Positions 18,432 to 27,813 are shown, counted from the stretch's first letter. The stretch is 64,000 bases of DNA from Acidobacteriota bacterium (GCA_022821775.1 JAJECY010000107.1:861-64860); one strand, 5' to 3'. Notes: generated by a model from the sequence alone, not told the origin. Numbers and translations are program-made.

Positions 18432-20573
18432 ATGGATATATCGAAGAAGGGGAACGACGAACCACGAATGGACACGAATGAACACGAATTGCTCGGTCAC
18501 GTGAGCTGCAGCCTGCGCGGCCGGGTGGTTGCCGGCAGTTACCGGACCTGCCGGCTGACCTATACGGCCGGCTTTTACGGCATCGACGATACCGGCTCGA
18601 TCAAGGTGGCGATGCGCTATGCCACCGATTGCGGAGTGCCCCAGTTCGACCGGCCCGGCTCCCCCAACTTCACCACCGCCCGGGCATCCAATGGCGCCCG
18701 CCTCCAGTTGCGCTACGATCCCAAGGACAACCTTCGCCCCTGGGGCAAGACGCTTCACCTGAAAGTCGTGCAGGGGTACCTGCGCCAGGGGGATCGGATA
18801 GAGCTGACCCTGGGAGACCGTAGCGGCGGCTCACCCGGCTGGCGAGTTCAGACCTTCGCAGAGAAGAGCTTTGAACTGCGGGTGCTTGTAGACCGCTTCG
18901 CCACCTATTCCTTCCAACGCTTGCCGGATTCCCCCAGGTTCCGGGTGGTGGCCGGCAAGCCGGTGCGCCTGGTGGCCGTGGCTCCCACCCTGGCCGCCGC
19001 CGGTGAGCCGATTCCGGTCCGGAGCAAGCTGGAAGATCGCTGGGGCAATCCGGTGGGGCGCCCGCGAAAAAGAGTCTTCCCCGCCCTTGATGAGCCCGGA
19101 AACTACACCCTTTCCGTGAAAGACACTCGAACCGGTCTGGAGGGGCGAACCAATCCCATCCGGGTCGGCGGAGGGGAACGGTTCGGGAGATACTGGGCCG
19201 ATCTCCATGGCCAGAGCGAAGAAACCATCGGAACCAACTCCATTGGTGACTACTTTCGCTTTGCCCGCGACTACGCCTTCCTGGACATCTGCTCCCACCA
19301 GGGCAACGACTTTCAGATCACGGACGGCTTCTGGAGGAAAATCCAGGCCACCACCCGCAAGTTCCATGAACCGGGACGCCTGGTGACCTTTCCCGGTTGG
19401 GAATGGAGCGGCAATACCGCCCTGGGCGGGGACCGCAACGTGATTTTCCGGGAAGAAGGCGGGCCCATCGGCCGCAGCTCCCGCGCCCTGCTTTCCCCGG
19501 TGCAGGCCCGGGAGCCCTGCTGCCCGACCGTGGAGGAACTGTTCGCCCGCTTGCGGGATTGCGGCCGGGAGGTGATGGTCATCCCGCACGTCGGCGGACG
19601 ATTTGCCGACCTGAGCCGCCACGACCCCGGGCTGGAATGGGCGGTGGAGGTTCATTCGGCCTGGGGGACTTTCGAATGGATGTTGGCGGACGCTTTTGCC
19701 CAAGGGCATCGCCTGGCGATCGTGGCCAATTCCGACGGGCACAAGGGCCGCCCCGGAGCCAGCTATCCGGGGGCCGGCAACTTCGGCAGCTACGGGGGGC
19801 TCACCTGCGTCCTGGCCGAGAGCCTGACCCGCGAAAGCGTGTGGGAGGCCTACCGGGCCCGGCGGGTTTACGCAACCACCGGCGCTCGCATTTATCTGGA
19901 TGTCGAAACCGAAGATGGGGTTCCGATGGGGGGACTGCTCCCCGTTCGGTCCGGCTCTGCGCTCGAGTTTCGCATCCGGGTCTGCGGAACCGCTCCCATC
20001 GAGCGGGTGGAGGTCCGCAACGGGATGCAGGTGGTGAAGTGTTTTCGAACTGGCACCGCCGCCGATCTTTCCAACCGGATCAAGCTGCTCTGGGAGGGAG
20101 CCGAGGTGCGGGGGAGAGGCCGGCAGGTCGACTGGAAGGGGTCATTGACCCTGTCCGGCAATCGGATTCAAGGGGTGACCGCCCTCAATTTCCACAATCC
20201 TGATCTTCCCTGCCGGCAAACCGGCCCCGGGCGGCTCGATTGGGAATCCATCACCACCGGGGGGGTGGCCGGCCTGATCCTGGACCTGGCCCGGGCCGAA
20301 GCCGGGCGGGTTCGGGTGGAGACCCGTCAGACCCGTTTCGAGGTGGGGCTGGAAGGCCTGGGGGGAGAGGGCAGAAGCTGGGCGCTGGGCGGCCTGGACA
20401 AGCGAATTTCGCTCTACAGGCTGCCGGCCGCTAACGGCCCGGCTCATTGTGAGTTCACCTTCAGGCTTCCCGCCGGAGACTGCCGCCAGGGGGACAATCC
20501 GATCCTGGTGAAAGTGGTACAGGAGGATGGGCACATGGCCTGGTCCAGCCCGATCTATGTCGTAACAGAATAG
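18432..20573 (+). CDS. DUF3604-like hypothetical protein (possible PHP-like metallohydrolase); start uncertain (18432 or 18468)
   Basis: 713-aa ORF containing YWADLHGQSEE and ANSDGHKGRPG segments reminiscent of DUF3604. Both candidate ATGs lie inside a CACGAAT phased repeat, with no Shine-Dalgarno at either. Confidence 0.55.
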   Translation: MDISKKGNDEPRMDTNEHELLGHVSCSLRGRVVAGSYRTCRLTYTAGFYGIDDTGSIKVAMRYATDCGVPQFDRPGSPNFTTARASNGARLQLRYDPKDNLRPWGKTLHLKVVQGYLRQGDRIELTLGDRSGGSPGWRVQTFAEKSFELRVLVDRFATYSFQRLPDSPRFRVVAGKPVRLVAVAPTLAAAGEPIPVRSKLEDRWGNPVGRPRKRVFPALDEPGNYTLSVKDTRTGLEGRTNPIRVGGGERFGRYWADLHGQSEETIGTNSIGDYFRFARDYAFLDICSHQGNDFQITDGFWRKIQATTRKFHEPGRLVTFPGWEWSGNTALGGDRNVIFREEGGPIGRSSRALLSPVQAREPCCPTVEELFARLRDCGREVMVIPHVGGRFADLSRHDPGLEWAVEVHSAWGTFEWMLADAFAQGHRLAIVANSDGHKGRPGASYPGAGNFGSYGGLTCVLAESLTRESVWEAYRARRVYATTGARIYLDVETEDGVPMGGLLPVRSGSALEFRIRVCGTAPIERVEVRNGMQVVKCFRTGTAADLSNRIKLLWEGAEVRGRGRQVDWKGSLTLSGNRIQGVTALNFHNPDLPCRQTGPGRLDWESITTGGVAGLILDLARAEAGRVRVETRQTRFEVGLEGLGGEGRSWALGGLDKRISLYRLPAANGPAHCEFTFRLPAGDCRQGDNPILVKVVQEDGHMAWSSPIYVVTE
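18452..18490 (+). repeat. 10-bp-phased CACGAAT direct-repeat array (solo copy of the MITE arm)
   Basis: GAACGACGAA CCACGAATGG ACACGAATGA ACACGAATTG. Sits in the divergent promoter region and overlaps the 5' end of the DUF3604-like ORF. Confidence 0.55.
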
Positions 20574-20664
20574 CCGGAGGAGTGCCATAGACCGGCAGGC
20601 AATGGCTTGCGGGATGGGCAGTCGGCCCCCCACCGGCTCGACGGCAGACTGCGCCGTCTCTCCG

Positions 20665-20685
20665 ACTCCCCCTCAAGGGGGGAGT
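20665..20685 (-). terminator. GC-rich hairpin, inverted copy of the 8687-8707 element, preceded by a second hairpin (GACGGC..GCCGTC)
   Basis: 26/26 identity to the reverse complement of 8685-8710. Located 90-110 nt downstream of the DUF3604-like stop. Confidence 0.4.
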
Positions 20686-20804
20686 GATTACAGTTGCTCC
20701 CCACAAGGCTTCAGTGTCCCTTGCAGGAAGGGTAGGCGGCTGGTAGAGTTTGGGCTGCTCCGGCGGGGCAGGTACTGAGAACACCCGGGAGGTCGGTACT
20801 TTCC

Positions 20805-22136
20805 ATGGCCTTGGTCGACACTCGATGGCAGCGAACGGTGACCCTTTGCGCGCTCTATTTCGCCCAGGGGATTCCCTGGGGGTTCATGCTGATTTCGCTG
20901 CCCTCCTACCTCTCCTACAATTACCAGATTTCCGACAGCGATATCGGCAACCTCAAGGCCATCATCCTGGTGCCCTGGTCCTTCAAGCTGATCTGGGCCC
21001 CCTTGATGGACAGCTTCACCATTCGCTCCATGGGGAGAAGACGGCCCTGGATCATCGGTTCCGAGTTGATGATGGCCCTGACGCTGCTGGGATTCATCGG
21101 CATCGCCGACCCCTCCCAGGAGTTGAAGTTCATCCTCTACATGTACTTCCTGCACAACTGCTTCGCCTCCCTGCAGGACGTCTGCACCGACGCCCTGGCG
21201 GTCGACATTCTGCCACCGCACGAGCAGGGGCGGACCAACGGCTTGATGTGGGCCTCCAAGCTCATCGGCAAAGGCGTGGGCGCCTGGAGTCTTTCCCATG
21301 TAATCAACGTGTGGGGGCTGGAGGCCTGCGCGGCCGTTCAGGTGCTGTTGCTGCTGGCCATCATGCTGGTCCCCATAGTCTTCCTGGAGCGGCGGGGCGA
21401 GAAGCGGTTCCCCTGGAGCGCCGGCAGGGCCGGCTCCTCCGCCGTTCAGAGCGTACGCAACCCGTTAGCGACCCTGGGCAGTGTTCTCAGGGCGTTTTCG
21501 CTGACGACAACCTGGGTCTTCATCCTGTTCACGCTGCTGAAGCTGATCGGGTTGGGGGTCAACGAGGTCCTGTCCAACACGCTCTACACCCAGCACCTGA
21601 ATCCGCGCTGGACGGATGTGGAGTTCTCCAGAGCCTCCGGTCTGTATGCCACCGCTCCCATAATCGTGGGCGCCGTGATGGGAGGGTATCTGGCCGACCG
21701 CTACGGCAGGCGTTTGATTCTTGCTGTCGGCTATATTGGCTACGGGGCGGCAGCCATGATTTTCGCGGCATTCCCCGGCCTTTGGAACGAGAACTGGTTC
21801 GCCATGTCCTATGTGCTTTCCTACGAGACCCTGGCGGCCATCGGTTCGGTCGGGTTCCTCTCCATGGCCATGAGGATTTCCTGGACCGTGGCCGCGGGAA
21901 CGGTGTTCACCACCTATATGACGCTATCCAACGTTTCCCACGTCATCGGGAACTGGGCGGCCGGCCCGCTACGAGAATGGTTGATCTGGCTGCATGGCGG
22001 CGTGCCGGACAATCTGGTTTCCTACCAGTCGGCGTTCTGGTGGTTGGGCGTCATGACCATCATCCCGGTCCTTCTGTTGTTGTTGGTGCAGACCGGCGAG
22101 GTCGACCGCGCCCGCGCCGCCGAATCCGCGGGTTAG
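20805..22136 (+). CDS. MFS transporter (AmpG/PAT-family-like permease)
   Basis: About 12 predicted TM segments. N-terminal LYFAQGIPWGF...PW(S)FK(L)IWAP(L)MD motif is typical of AmpG-like MFS permeases. Confidence 0.8.
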   Translation: MALVDTRWQRTVTLCALYFAQGIPWGFMLISLPSYLSYNYQISDSDIGNLKAIILVPWSFKLIWAPLMDSFTIRSMGRRRPWIIGSELMMALTLLGFIGIADPSQELKFILYMYFLHNCFASLQDVCTDALAVDILPPHEQGRTNGLMWASKLIGKGVGAWSLSHVINVWGLEACAAVQVLLLLAIMLVPIVFLERRGEKRFPWSAGRAGSSAVQSVRNPLATLGSVLRAFSLTTTWVFILFTLLKLIGLGVNEVLSNTLYTQHLNPRWTDVEFSRASGLYATAPIIVGAVMGGYLADRYGRRLILAVGYIGYGAAAMIFAAFPGLWNENWFAMSYVLSYETLAAIGSVGFLSMAMRISWTVAAGTVFTTYMTLSNVSHVIGNWAAGPLREWLIWLHGGVPDNLVSYQSAFWWLGVMTIIPVLLLLLVQTGEVDRARAAESAG

Positions 22137-22145
22137 GGAAGACGC

Positions 22146-23261
22146 ATGCCCGATCGATACCGCATCGAAGACAGCCGCCGGCTCGCCACGCCGGCGCTGG
22201 TGGTCTTTCTGGAGCTGGTCCGGGAAAACCTGGACCGGATGGTGGCCATGGCCGGAGATCCGGCCCGCCTGCGTCCCCACGTGAAGACCCACAAGACCCG
22301 CGAGGTCGTCCAACTGCAGATGCAGCAGGGGATCGACAAGTTCAAGGCGGCCACTTTTGCCGAGTGCGAGATGCTGGCGCAGGCCGGCGCGCGGGATGTG
22401 TTGCTGGCCTACCACCTGGTGGGGCGCAACATCGAGCGGGCCGTGCGCTTCGTGCAAGCCTTTCCCGAGGTCCGGTTCATGGCGATCGCCGACCACCCCG
22501 AACCGGTGGAAGCCCTGTCCAGGGCGATGGCCGGGGCCGGACAACGGGTGGAAGTCCTGCTGGACCTGGATACCGGCCAGCAGCGCACCGGTCTTCCGGT
22601 CGGCAGCCGTGCCCGCCGGCTCTACGGCCAGATCGCCGAAAGCCCGGGGCTGCAGACGGGGGGATTTCATGTTTACGACGGCCATTTGCGCCATCCTTCA
22701 CTGGCGGAACGGACGGCCGCCGTGAAGGAGCATTTCCGGGAGGTGGACGGCTTTCGCCGGGAGTTGACGGATGCCGGCTGGGAGGTGCCGCGCCTGGTCT
22801 GCGGAGGGTCGGTCACCTTTCCCGTCTATGCCGGGATGGACGATCCGGCCATCGAGCTCAGCCCGGGCGCCTGTATCATCCACGACGCCGGATACGGAAC
22901 CGGTTTCCCCGATCTTCCCTTTGTCCCGGCAGCCGTCGTTCTGACCCGCGTCATCAGCCTGCCGGGGGAGAACCGGGTCACGCTGGACCTGGGCTACAAA
23001 GCCGTGGCTTCCGACCAACCCATGGAAACGCGGGCGGTTTTTCCCCAATTGCCCGACGCCGAGCTGGTCCTGCAGAACGAAGAGCACCTGGTGATTGAGA
23101 CCTCCCGCGCCGGGGATTTGCGCCCTGGAGACGAATTGACGGCCATTCCCTGGCACATCTGCCCCACCACCGCCTTGAACAAGGATGTGGTGGTGGTCAG
23201 CCGGGGACGCATCCTGGAGCGCTGGGAAGTGGCTGCCCGGGACCGCTGCCTGACGGTTTAG
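22146..23261 (+). CDS. alanine-racemase-domain PLP enzyme (D-serine dehydratase/D-threonine aldolase-like, DSD1 family)
   Basis: PLP-lysine motif HVKTHKT near the N-terminus. Starts 10 nt after the MFS stop (operon). Confidence 0.7.
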   Translation: MPDRYRIEDSRRLATPALVVFLELVRENLDRMVAMAGDPARLRPHVKTHKTREVVQLQMQQGIDKFKAATFAECEMLAQAGARDVLLAYHLVGRNIERAVRFVQAFPEVRFMAIADHPEPVEALSRAMAGAGQRVEVLLDLDTGQQRTGLPVGSRARRLYGQIAESPGLQTGGFHVYDGHLRHPSLAERTAAVKEHFREVDGFRRELTDAGWEVPRLVCGGSVTFPVYAGMDDPAIELSPGACIIHDAGYGTGFPDLPFVPAAVVLTRVISLPGENRVTLDLGYKAVASDQPMETRAVFPQLPDAELVLQNEEHLVIETSRAGDLRPGDELTAIPWHICPTTALNKDVVVVSRGRILERWEVAARDRCLTV

Positions 23262-23293
23262 GCGCTATTCCTCGAAACGTCGGCGATCGATCC

Positions 23294-23362
23294 ATGAAGG
23301 ACAAAAGATATCCACCAAGGGGCACGAAGGACCACGAAGGGGCACGAAGAAGAACGAGGAGA
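23294..23362 (+). repeat. 10-bp-phased direct-repeat array ATCCACCAAG GGGCACGAAG GACCACGAAG GGGCACGAAG AAGAACGAGG
   Basis: Five decamers carrying CACGAAG at a fixed phase. Lies in a convergent intergenic region. Confidence 0.5.
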
Positions 23363-23439
23363 AGATAAGTTCCTTTGCGCCCGGGCGGCGGCTTTGGGCA
23401 AGCTTGGAGTCCGTCGATCCTGTTGATTCAGGCCGGGCT

Positions 23440-23835
23440 TCAGCCGCTGGCGGAACGCCGGCCGGCAGCCTGGAGCCTCCAATCCCGCCAGTTGACCCAG
23501 GCCGAGACCCCCAGGGCGGCCACTCCGAAGAATACCACCGAGGCGTCCAGCAGGTCCGGATCCCAATCCCCTCCCGTCAGCCGGTCCATGTAGTACTTGA
23601 TAAACGAGTTCGGAAGCCCGGTTTCGCCCATGGCTTCCTTAATCTGCCAGTGCCAGTCGGTGCTGGGGCAGTAGCCGAAGCCGTAGAACCATCCCAGGCC
23701 GAACCAGGAGAAGAGGGTGAGGATCATCAACCCCAGGTGAAAGCGGCGGGTTCGCCTCCAGATCCATCCCGTCAGGTTGAAAACGATCTGAACGGTGTGG
23801 AAGACCATGAAAAAGAGGTCCAGGAAAGCATACAT
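23440..23835 (-). CDS. DUF2784-family small membrane protein
   Basis: Start MYAFLDLFFMVFHTVQIVFNLTGWIWRR. Four hydrophobic segments. The ORF-track start at 23883 is an upstream extension. Confidence 0.55.
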   Translation of the reverse strand: MYAFLDLFFMVFHTVQIVFNLTGWIWRRTRRFHLGLMILTLFSWFGLGWFYGFGYCPSTDWHWQIKEAMGETGLPNSFIKYYMDRLTGGDWDPDLLDASVVFFGVAALGVSAWVNWRDWRLQAAGRRSASG

Positions 23836-23930
23836 GGGACGACCTCGAACGAAGCTGGTTAGTGGGGCCGCCGTCCGAGACAACGGGACGGATCATGCAG
23901 GATGAAACAGGGGCGCGTCATCGATCCGCC

Positions 23931-23985
23931 TATTGGTGTTCATTCGTGTCCATTCGTGGTTCGCCGTTTTCCTTTGTGGATGGCT
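23931..23985 (-). repeat. solo copy (inverted) of the MITE-arm phased CACGAAT array
   Basis: Reverse complement reads AAAACGGCGAACCACGAATGGACACGAATGAACACCAATAG. Lies in a divergent intergenic region. Confidence 0.5.
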
Positions 23986-24144
23986 CTTATCGGGCCCTCT
24001 TGGATAATCCCTCCAATGTTTCAGGCTACGGATCGCTGTCGATGCTACGCGGCAGGACGGCTCCCGCCCCAATCGCCGAACGCCGGTTGGCAAGTCATTG
24101 TAAACTCGCGGCGCGGTTCCATTGAGACAAAAGTTGCGGGTAGA

Positions 24145-25023
24145 ATGGGCGTTGCTCCATTCCCGACCCGGCAGGGACCCGTGATCTCCCTCTACCGCCT
24201 CCTCTATCGCTTCACCTCGCTTCCGCGAGTGATCGATCCTCGATATCCCACCAACCGCGCCGTCCTGCTTCTGCTGCCGCCGGCCGCCGGCGTTGCGGGC
24301 GCGGTGGCCTTCCTGCAAGGAAGCGGGTTGCCGGGTGTCGGGGAAGCGGCCTTTTTCGGGGTGGCGGTGACGGTGGGAGGGTGGTCTCTGGCTCGCGAGC
24401 TGGTTCCCGATCTGGAACGGGTCGCCTTCGTCAGCCTGCTTTTGACCTTTGGCGCCTTCCTCACGGTGGAATCATCCAGCCTGCTGATCCTGTATTCGGC
24501 CGTTTTTCAGGTGCGTATCGTTACCCGCAGCGTCGGTCTGCCGCCCAAAGCCATCGATTCGGTTTTTGTGACGGCGCTAACGGCTTGGGGAACTTTCGCC
24601 GCGTCTCTTCCCGGGATGGCGTTGACCGGTGCCCTGGCCTTTGGCCTGGATGCTTCCATGGCGGAGCGGGCTCGCCGTCAGTGGATATATTCCGGCATCT
24701 GCCTGGCGGCTGCCGGACTCTGCCTGAATCGGGAGGGACTGCCCGGGCTTACGGAGAGCCCGCCTGCAACCGCGGCGGGGCTGCTCCTGCTCATTGGACT
24801 CGGTTATGGCTTGACGATGTGGCAGACCCGTTCAGTGGCATCCTTGGCCGACGTCACTGGGAAGCCCCTTTCTTCGGCCCGGGCTCGGGCCGGCATGGCC
24901 GTAGGTTTCCTGGTTGGCTTGCAGTCTCTCACACGGGGACTGGCCGGACTGGAGGCGGCGGCCCTGGTCTGGGCCGCATTGGCGGGAGTTTCACTGGGCG
25001 CGCTGGTATGGCCGAGACGTTAG
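24145..25023 (+). CDS. hypothetical integral membrane protein (about 8 TM)
   Basis: Long hydrophobic ORF. The upstream part of the ORF-track version (from 23902) runs through the repeat, so the first internal ATG with a coding continuation is taken as the start. Start uncertain. Confidence 0.5.
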   Translation: MGVAPFPTRQGPVISLYRLLYRFTSLPRVIDPRYPTNRAVLLLLPPAAGVAGAVAFLQGSGLPGVGEAAFFGVAVTVGGWSLARELVPDLERVAFVSLLLTFGAFLTVESSSLLILYSAVFQVRIVTRSVGLPPKAIDSVFVTALTAWGTFAASLPGMALTGALAFGLDASMAERARRQWIYSGICLAAAGLCLNREGLPGLTESPPATAAGLLLLIGLGYGLTMWQTRSVASLADVTGKPLSSARARAGMAVGFLVGLQSLTRGLAGLEAAALVWAALAGVSLGALVWPRR

Positions 25024-25091
25024 AACCGGAAGACACCGCTGGGAGATCGGGGTACTGTTGACCTCCGATCCCGGGCAAACGGATAAGGAAT

Positions 25092-26651
25092 ATGATCGGA
25101 CTTGAGATCAGGTTGCTGGATCAACTGGTGGTGGCCGCCAGCTTCGCGTTGCTCGTCCTGATCGGCGTGCGCTCCGCCCGATCCAGCCAGACCGACGAGG
25201 GCTATTTCCTGGCGGGCCGGTCCATGCCGGGATGGGTCATCGGGTTCTCCCTGATGGCCACCATCGTCAGCTCCGTCACCTTTCTGGCGCTGCCGGCCTT
25301 CGCCTACGGCGAGGGGAACTGGCGGAACTTCGTGTCCCATTTCGGCTACGTTCCCGCCATCGCGATCGCGGTCCACCTGTTCATTCCCATGTACCGGTCG
25401 ACCCGGGTCAACTCGGCCTACGAGTACCTGGAACGGCGGTTCGGGCTCTGGGCCAGGATGTATGCCGCCGGCACCTTTGTCCTGTTTCATTTCATTCGCA
25501 CGGGGATGGTGCTCTACACGGTCTCTCTGGCAATCCAGTCCATCCTGGGGACGGGGGAGAGCTCGGTGCCGGCCATCATCGTGGCCGGGGGAGTGTTGGT
25601 ATCGATCTACACCGTGGTGGGCGGACTGAGGGCCGTGATCTGGACCGACGTCTTCCAGGGCATCGCCCTGATCGGCGGGGGTCTGCTTTGCCTGCCCATC
25701 ATCCTTTCCCAGATTCCCGGAGGATTCTCCGAGTTGATTCGGGTGGCCGCAGCCGACAACAAGTTCGACTTGGGCGATCCCACCCTGAGCCTTCAGGGGA
25801 AGACCCTCTGGGCCTACCTGTTTGCCGAGTTCATGATCCTGATGCACCTGATGGGCACCGATCAGACCAACGTGCAGCGCTATGCCGCCGCGGCCAGCGA
25901 CAGGGCGGCCGCCCGGGGAGCCTGGATCGGTTGCTGGCTGTCGGTGCCGACCTGGAGCTACTACCTGTTTCTGGGTACCTGCCTCTACGTCTATGTCAAG
26001 GTGGTGCCGGGGACGGGGCTGGAGGGCCTGCCTCCCGATGCCGTTTTTCCCCGCTTCATCCTGACCGAGGTTCCGGCCGGCGTGGGCGGCTTCGTGCTTT
26101 CGGGTTTGCTGGCCTCGGCCATGTCCACCCTGGATTCCAGCATCAACGCTACCGCCGCTACCGTCACCAACGACTTCTACAGGAGGCTCTGGGTCAAGGA
26201 CAGGGATCCGATACACTACGGCAGGGTGGGGAAGCTGGTGAGCCTGCTGTTCAGCCTGGCGATGATCAGCACCGCCTGCGGCATCCACTTCTACCGGGTG
26301 TCCGAGACCCTGGACGACCTGCAGCGAATGCTGCTGTCGGTCATGGGCGGGGGGTTGCTCAGCCTGTTCCTGGTCGGTTTCGTGACTCTCCGGGTCAACA
26401 GCCGGGCGGCCATGACGGCCACCGCCGTTACCGTGCTGTCGGTAGCCGGCTGGCTGTTCATGGATACGCCGCTGGGAAGCGGGATGTTTCCGGGGTTGGC
26501 CGCGGCCATGCCCGACAACTTCTGGGTCAGCACCTTCGCCAACCTGCTGCTGTTCGGGATCGCCTACGTCGCCAGCCTGCTGATGGGCGGCCGCAAGCAG
26601 GGAAACCTGGCCGGGCTGACGATCTGGAGAGAGCGGACCGGCTTGGACTGA
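25092..26651 (+). CDS. sodium:solute symporter family (SSF) transporter
   Basis: AAGGAA Shine-Dalgarno. 13-14 TM segments. Conserved FLAGRSMPGWV and GGL(R/K)AVIWTDVFQ SSF signatures. Confidence 0.85.
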   Translation: MIGLEIRLLDQLVVAASFALLVLIGVRSARSSQTDEGYFLAGRSMPGWVIGFSLMATIVSSVTFLALPAFAYGEGNWRNFVSHFGYVPAIAIAVHLFIPMYRSTRVNSAYEYLERRFGLWARMYAAGTFVLFHFIRTGMVLYTVSLAIQSILGTGESSVPAIIVAGGVLVSIYTVVGGLRAVIWTDVFQGIALIGGGLLCLPIILSQIPGGFSELIRVAAADNKFDLGDPTLSLQGKTLWAYLFAEFMILMHLMGTDQTNVQRYAAAASDRAAARGAWIGCWLSVPTWSYYLFLGTCLYVYVKVVPGTGLEGLPPDAVFPRFILTEVPAGVGGFVLSGLLASAMSTLDSSINATAATVTNDFYRRLWVKDRDPIHYGRVGKLVSLLFSLAMISTACGIHFYRVSETLDDLQRMLLSVMGGGLLSLFLVGFVTLRVNSRAAMTATAVTVLSVAGWLFMDTPLGSGMFPGLAAAMPDNFWVSTFANLLLFGIAYVASLLMGGRKQGNLAGLTIWRERTGLD

Positions 26652-26958
26652 AGCGGGTCCCGCCGGCGCGTTGGTCTACAACAATGTTGATGGTAGTCAG
26701 CCGGGAAGGACCTCCAGACCTTCTACATTCGCTTGGTTGTCTTTGTTCGATTTGCTTCCAATCCGAGATTCCCAACGGACCGACAAGATGACCTGTGAGT
26801 TGTGTTTGATAATAAAGGCGTTACCTTGTCGGCGGGTCAGGCCCCTCGAATGACGAGGGCGGACAGTCAGGTTCACCACGTGGTGATCCATCTTGCTAGG
26901 ATCGGATGATCAAAGTAAGATCTCAAGGCGATTGACGACAACTGCAAGATGAATCGAC

Positions 26959-27585
26959 ATGGATAAGGTTTTCATTTACTGGGACAATTCGAATATTTTT
27001 CTTGAAGCTCAACGCTTTGCCGAGGAACGCAATGAAGGTCCCAACGCCCGCTTCCGCGTCCGTATACACTTTGACAACATCCTTCATCTGGCTCAGGCAG
27101 ACCGACCGGTAGAAAGAGCCATTGCCGCAGGTTCAGTACCACCGGAGATGCGTCAGTTGTGGAACAGGATGGAGCGCAATGGCGTTACGGTGCAGTTGTT
27201 CGACCGCGGCAACCAGGAGCGAAGTGAGCAGGACATGCCCGATCGATTGCTCCAATTGCGCATGCTGGAGGATGCGCTCGACTACAACGGTGATCCCGGA
27301 ATCGTGGTGCTTTTGACTGGCGATGGTGCAGGCTACCTTGAGGGTGCGGGCTTTCACAGCACGTTGGAGCGCATGCACAAACGAGGCTGGCGTGTGGAAA
27401 TTCTCTCCTGGGGTCGTTCCTGCAACCAGCGGATGCGCAAGTGGGCGGAAGAGAACGGTCTATTTGTTGCATTGGACGATTTCTACGATTCAATAACCTT
27501 CATGGAGCCGTCTCGGCCCGGGCATGAGCTTGCTCCCTACCGTCCTCCCGCTCATCTGGACCTGTCACGTAGACCAACGGCATAA
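26959..27585 (+). CDS. NYN-domain (LabA/DUF88-like, PIN-fold) protein
   Basis: IYWDNSNIF... N-terminal Asp-containing motif and ...VVLLTGDGAG... core typical of NYN/LabA ribonuclease-like domains. Gene and flanks are ~52% GC in a ~66% GC background. Confidence 0.7.
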   Translation: MDKVFIYWDNSNIFLEAQRFAEERNEGPNARFRVRIHFDNILHLAQADRPVERAIAAGSVPPEMRQLWNRMERNGVTVQLFDRGNQERSEQDMPDRLLQLRMLEDALDYNGDPGIVVLLTGDGAGYLEGAGFHSTLERMHKRGWRVEILSWGRSCNQRMRKWAEENGLFVALDDFYDSITFMEPSRPGHELAPYRPPAHLDLSRRPTA

Positions 27586-27739
27586 CACCAAGCCGTGTAG
27601 GGTATTAGAGGAAATACACTACTTTTTGGCAGCAGGGATACCGTCTCGCAAGGACTGCAGCTATTGAGCAGAGCGCTGGGTGTTGAAAATCTTCTGCCCC
27701 ACCATTTCTTGTCAAACTGGGACATTGACGGCTTTGAAG

Positions 27740-27768
27740 TTGACTTTTCAAGCCCTTAAAGGTAATTT
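27740..27768 (+). promoter_or_regulatory. candidate sigma70-type promoter (TTGACT-17 bp-TAATTT) upstream of the cytochrome/DUF1549/DUF1553 gene
   Basis: Hexamers with a 17-bp spacer lie ~45 nt upstream of ATG 27814 in an AT-rich gap. Confidence 0.3.
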
Positions 27769-27813
27769 TACCCTTCCAACAAAGCTCATATTGCCTTGGG
27801 TTCTTACCGCCAA

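Noticed and set aside
18432-18468. Treating the first 12 codons of the DUF3604-like ORF as certain coding sequence
   Set aside because: Both candidate ATGs lie inside a repeat element and lack a Shine-Dalgarno. The N-terminal extension MDISKKGNDEPR may be spurious. Start left explicitly uncertain.
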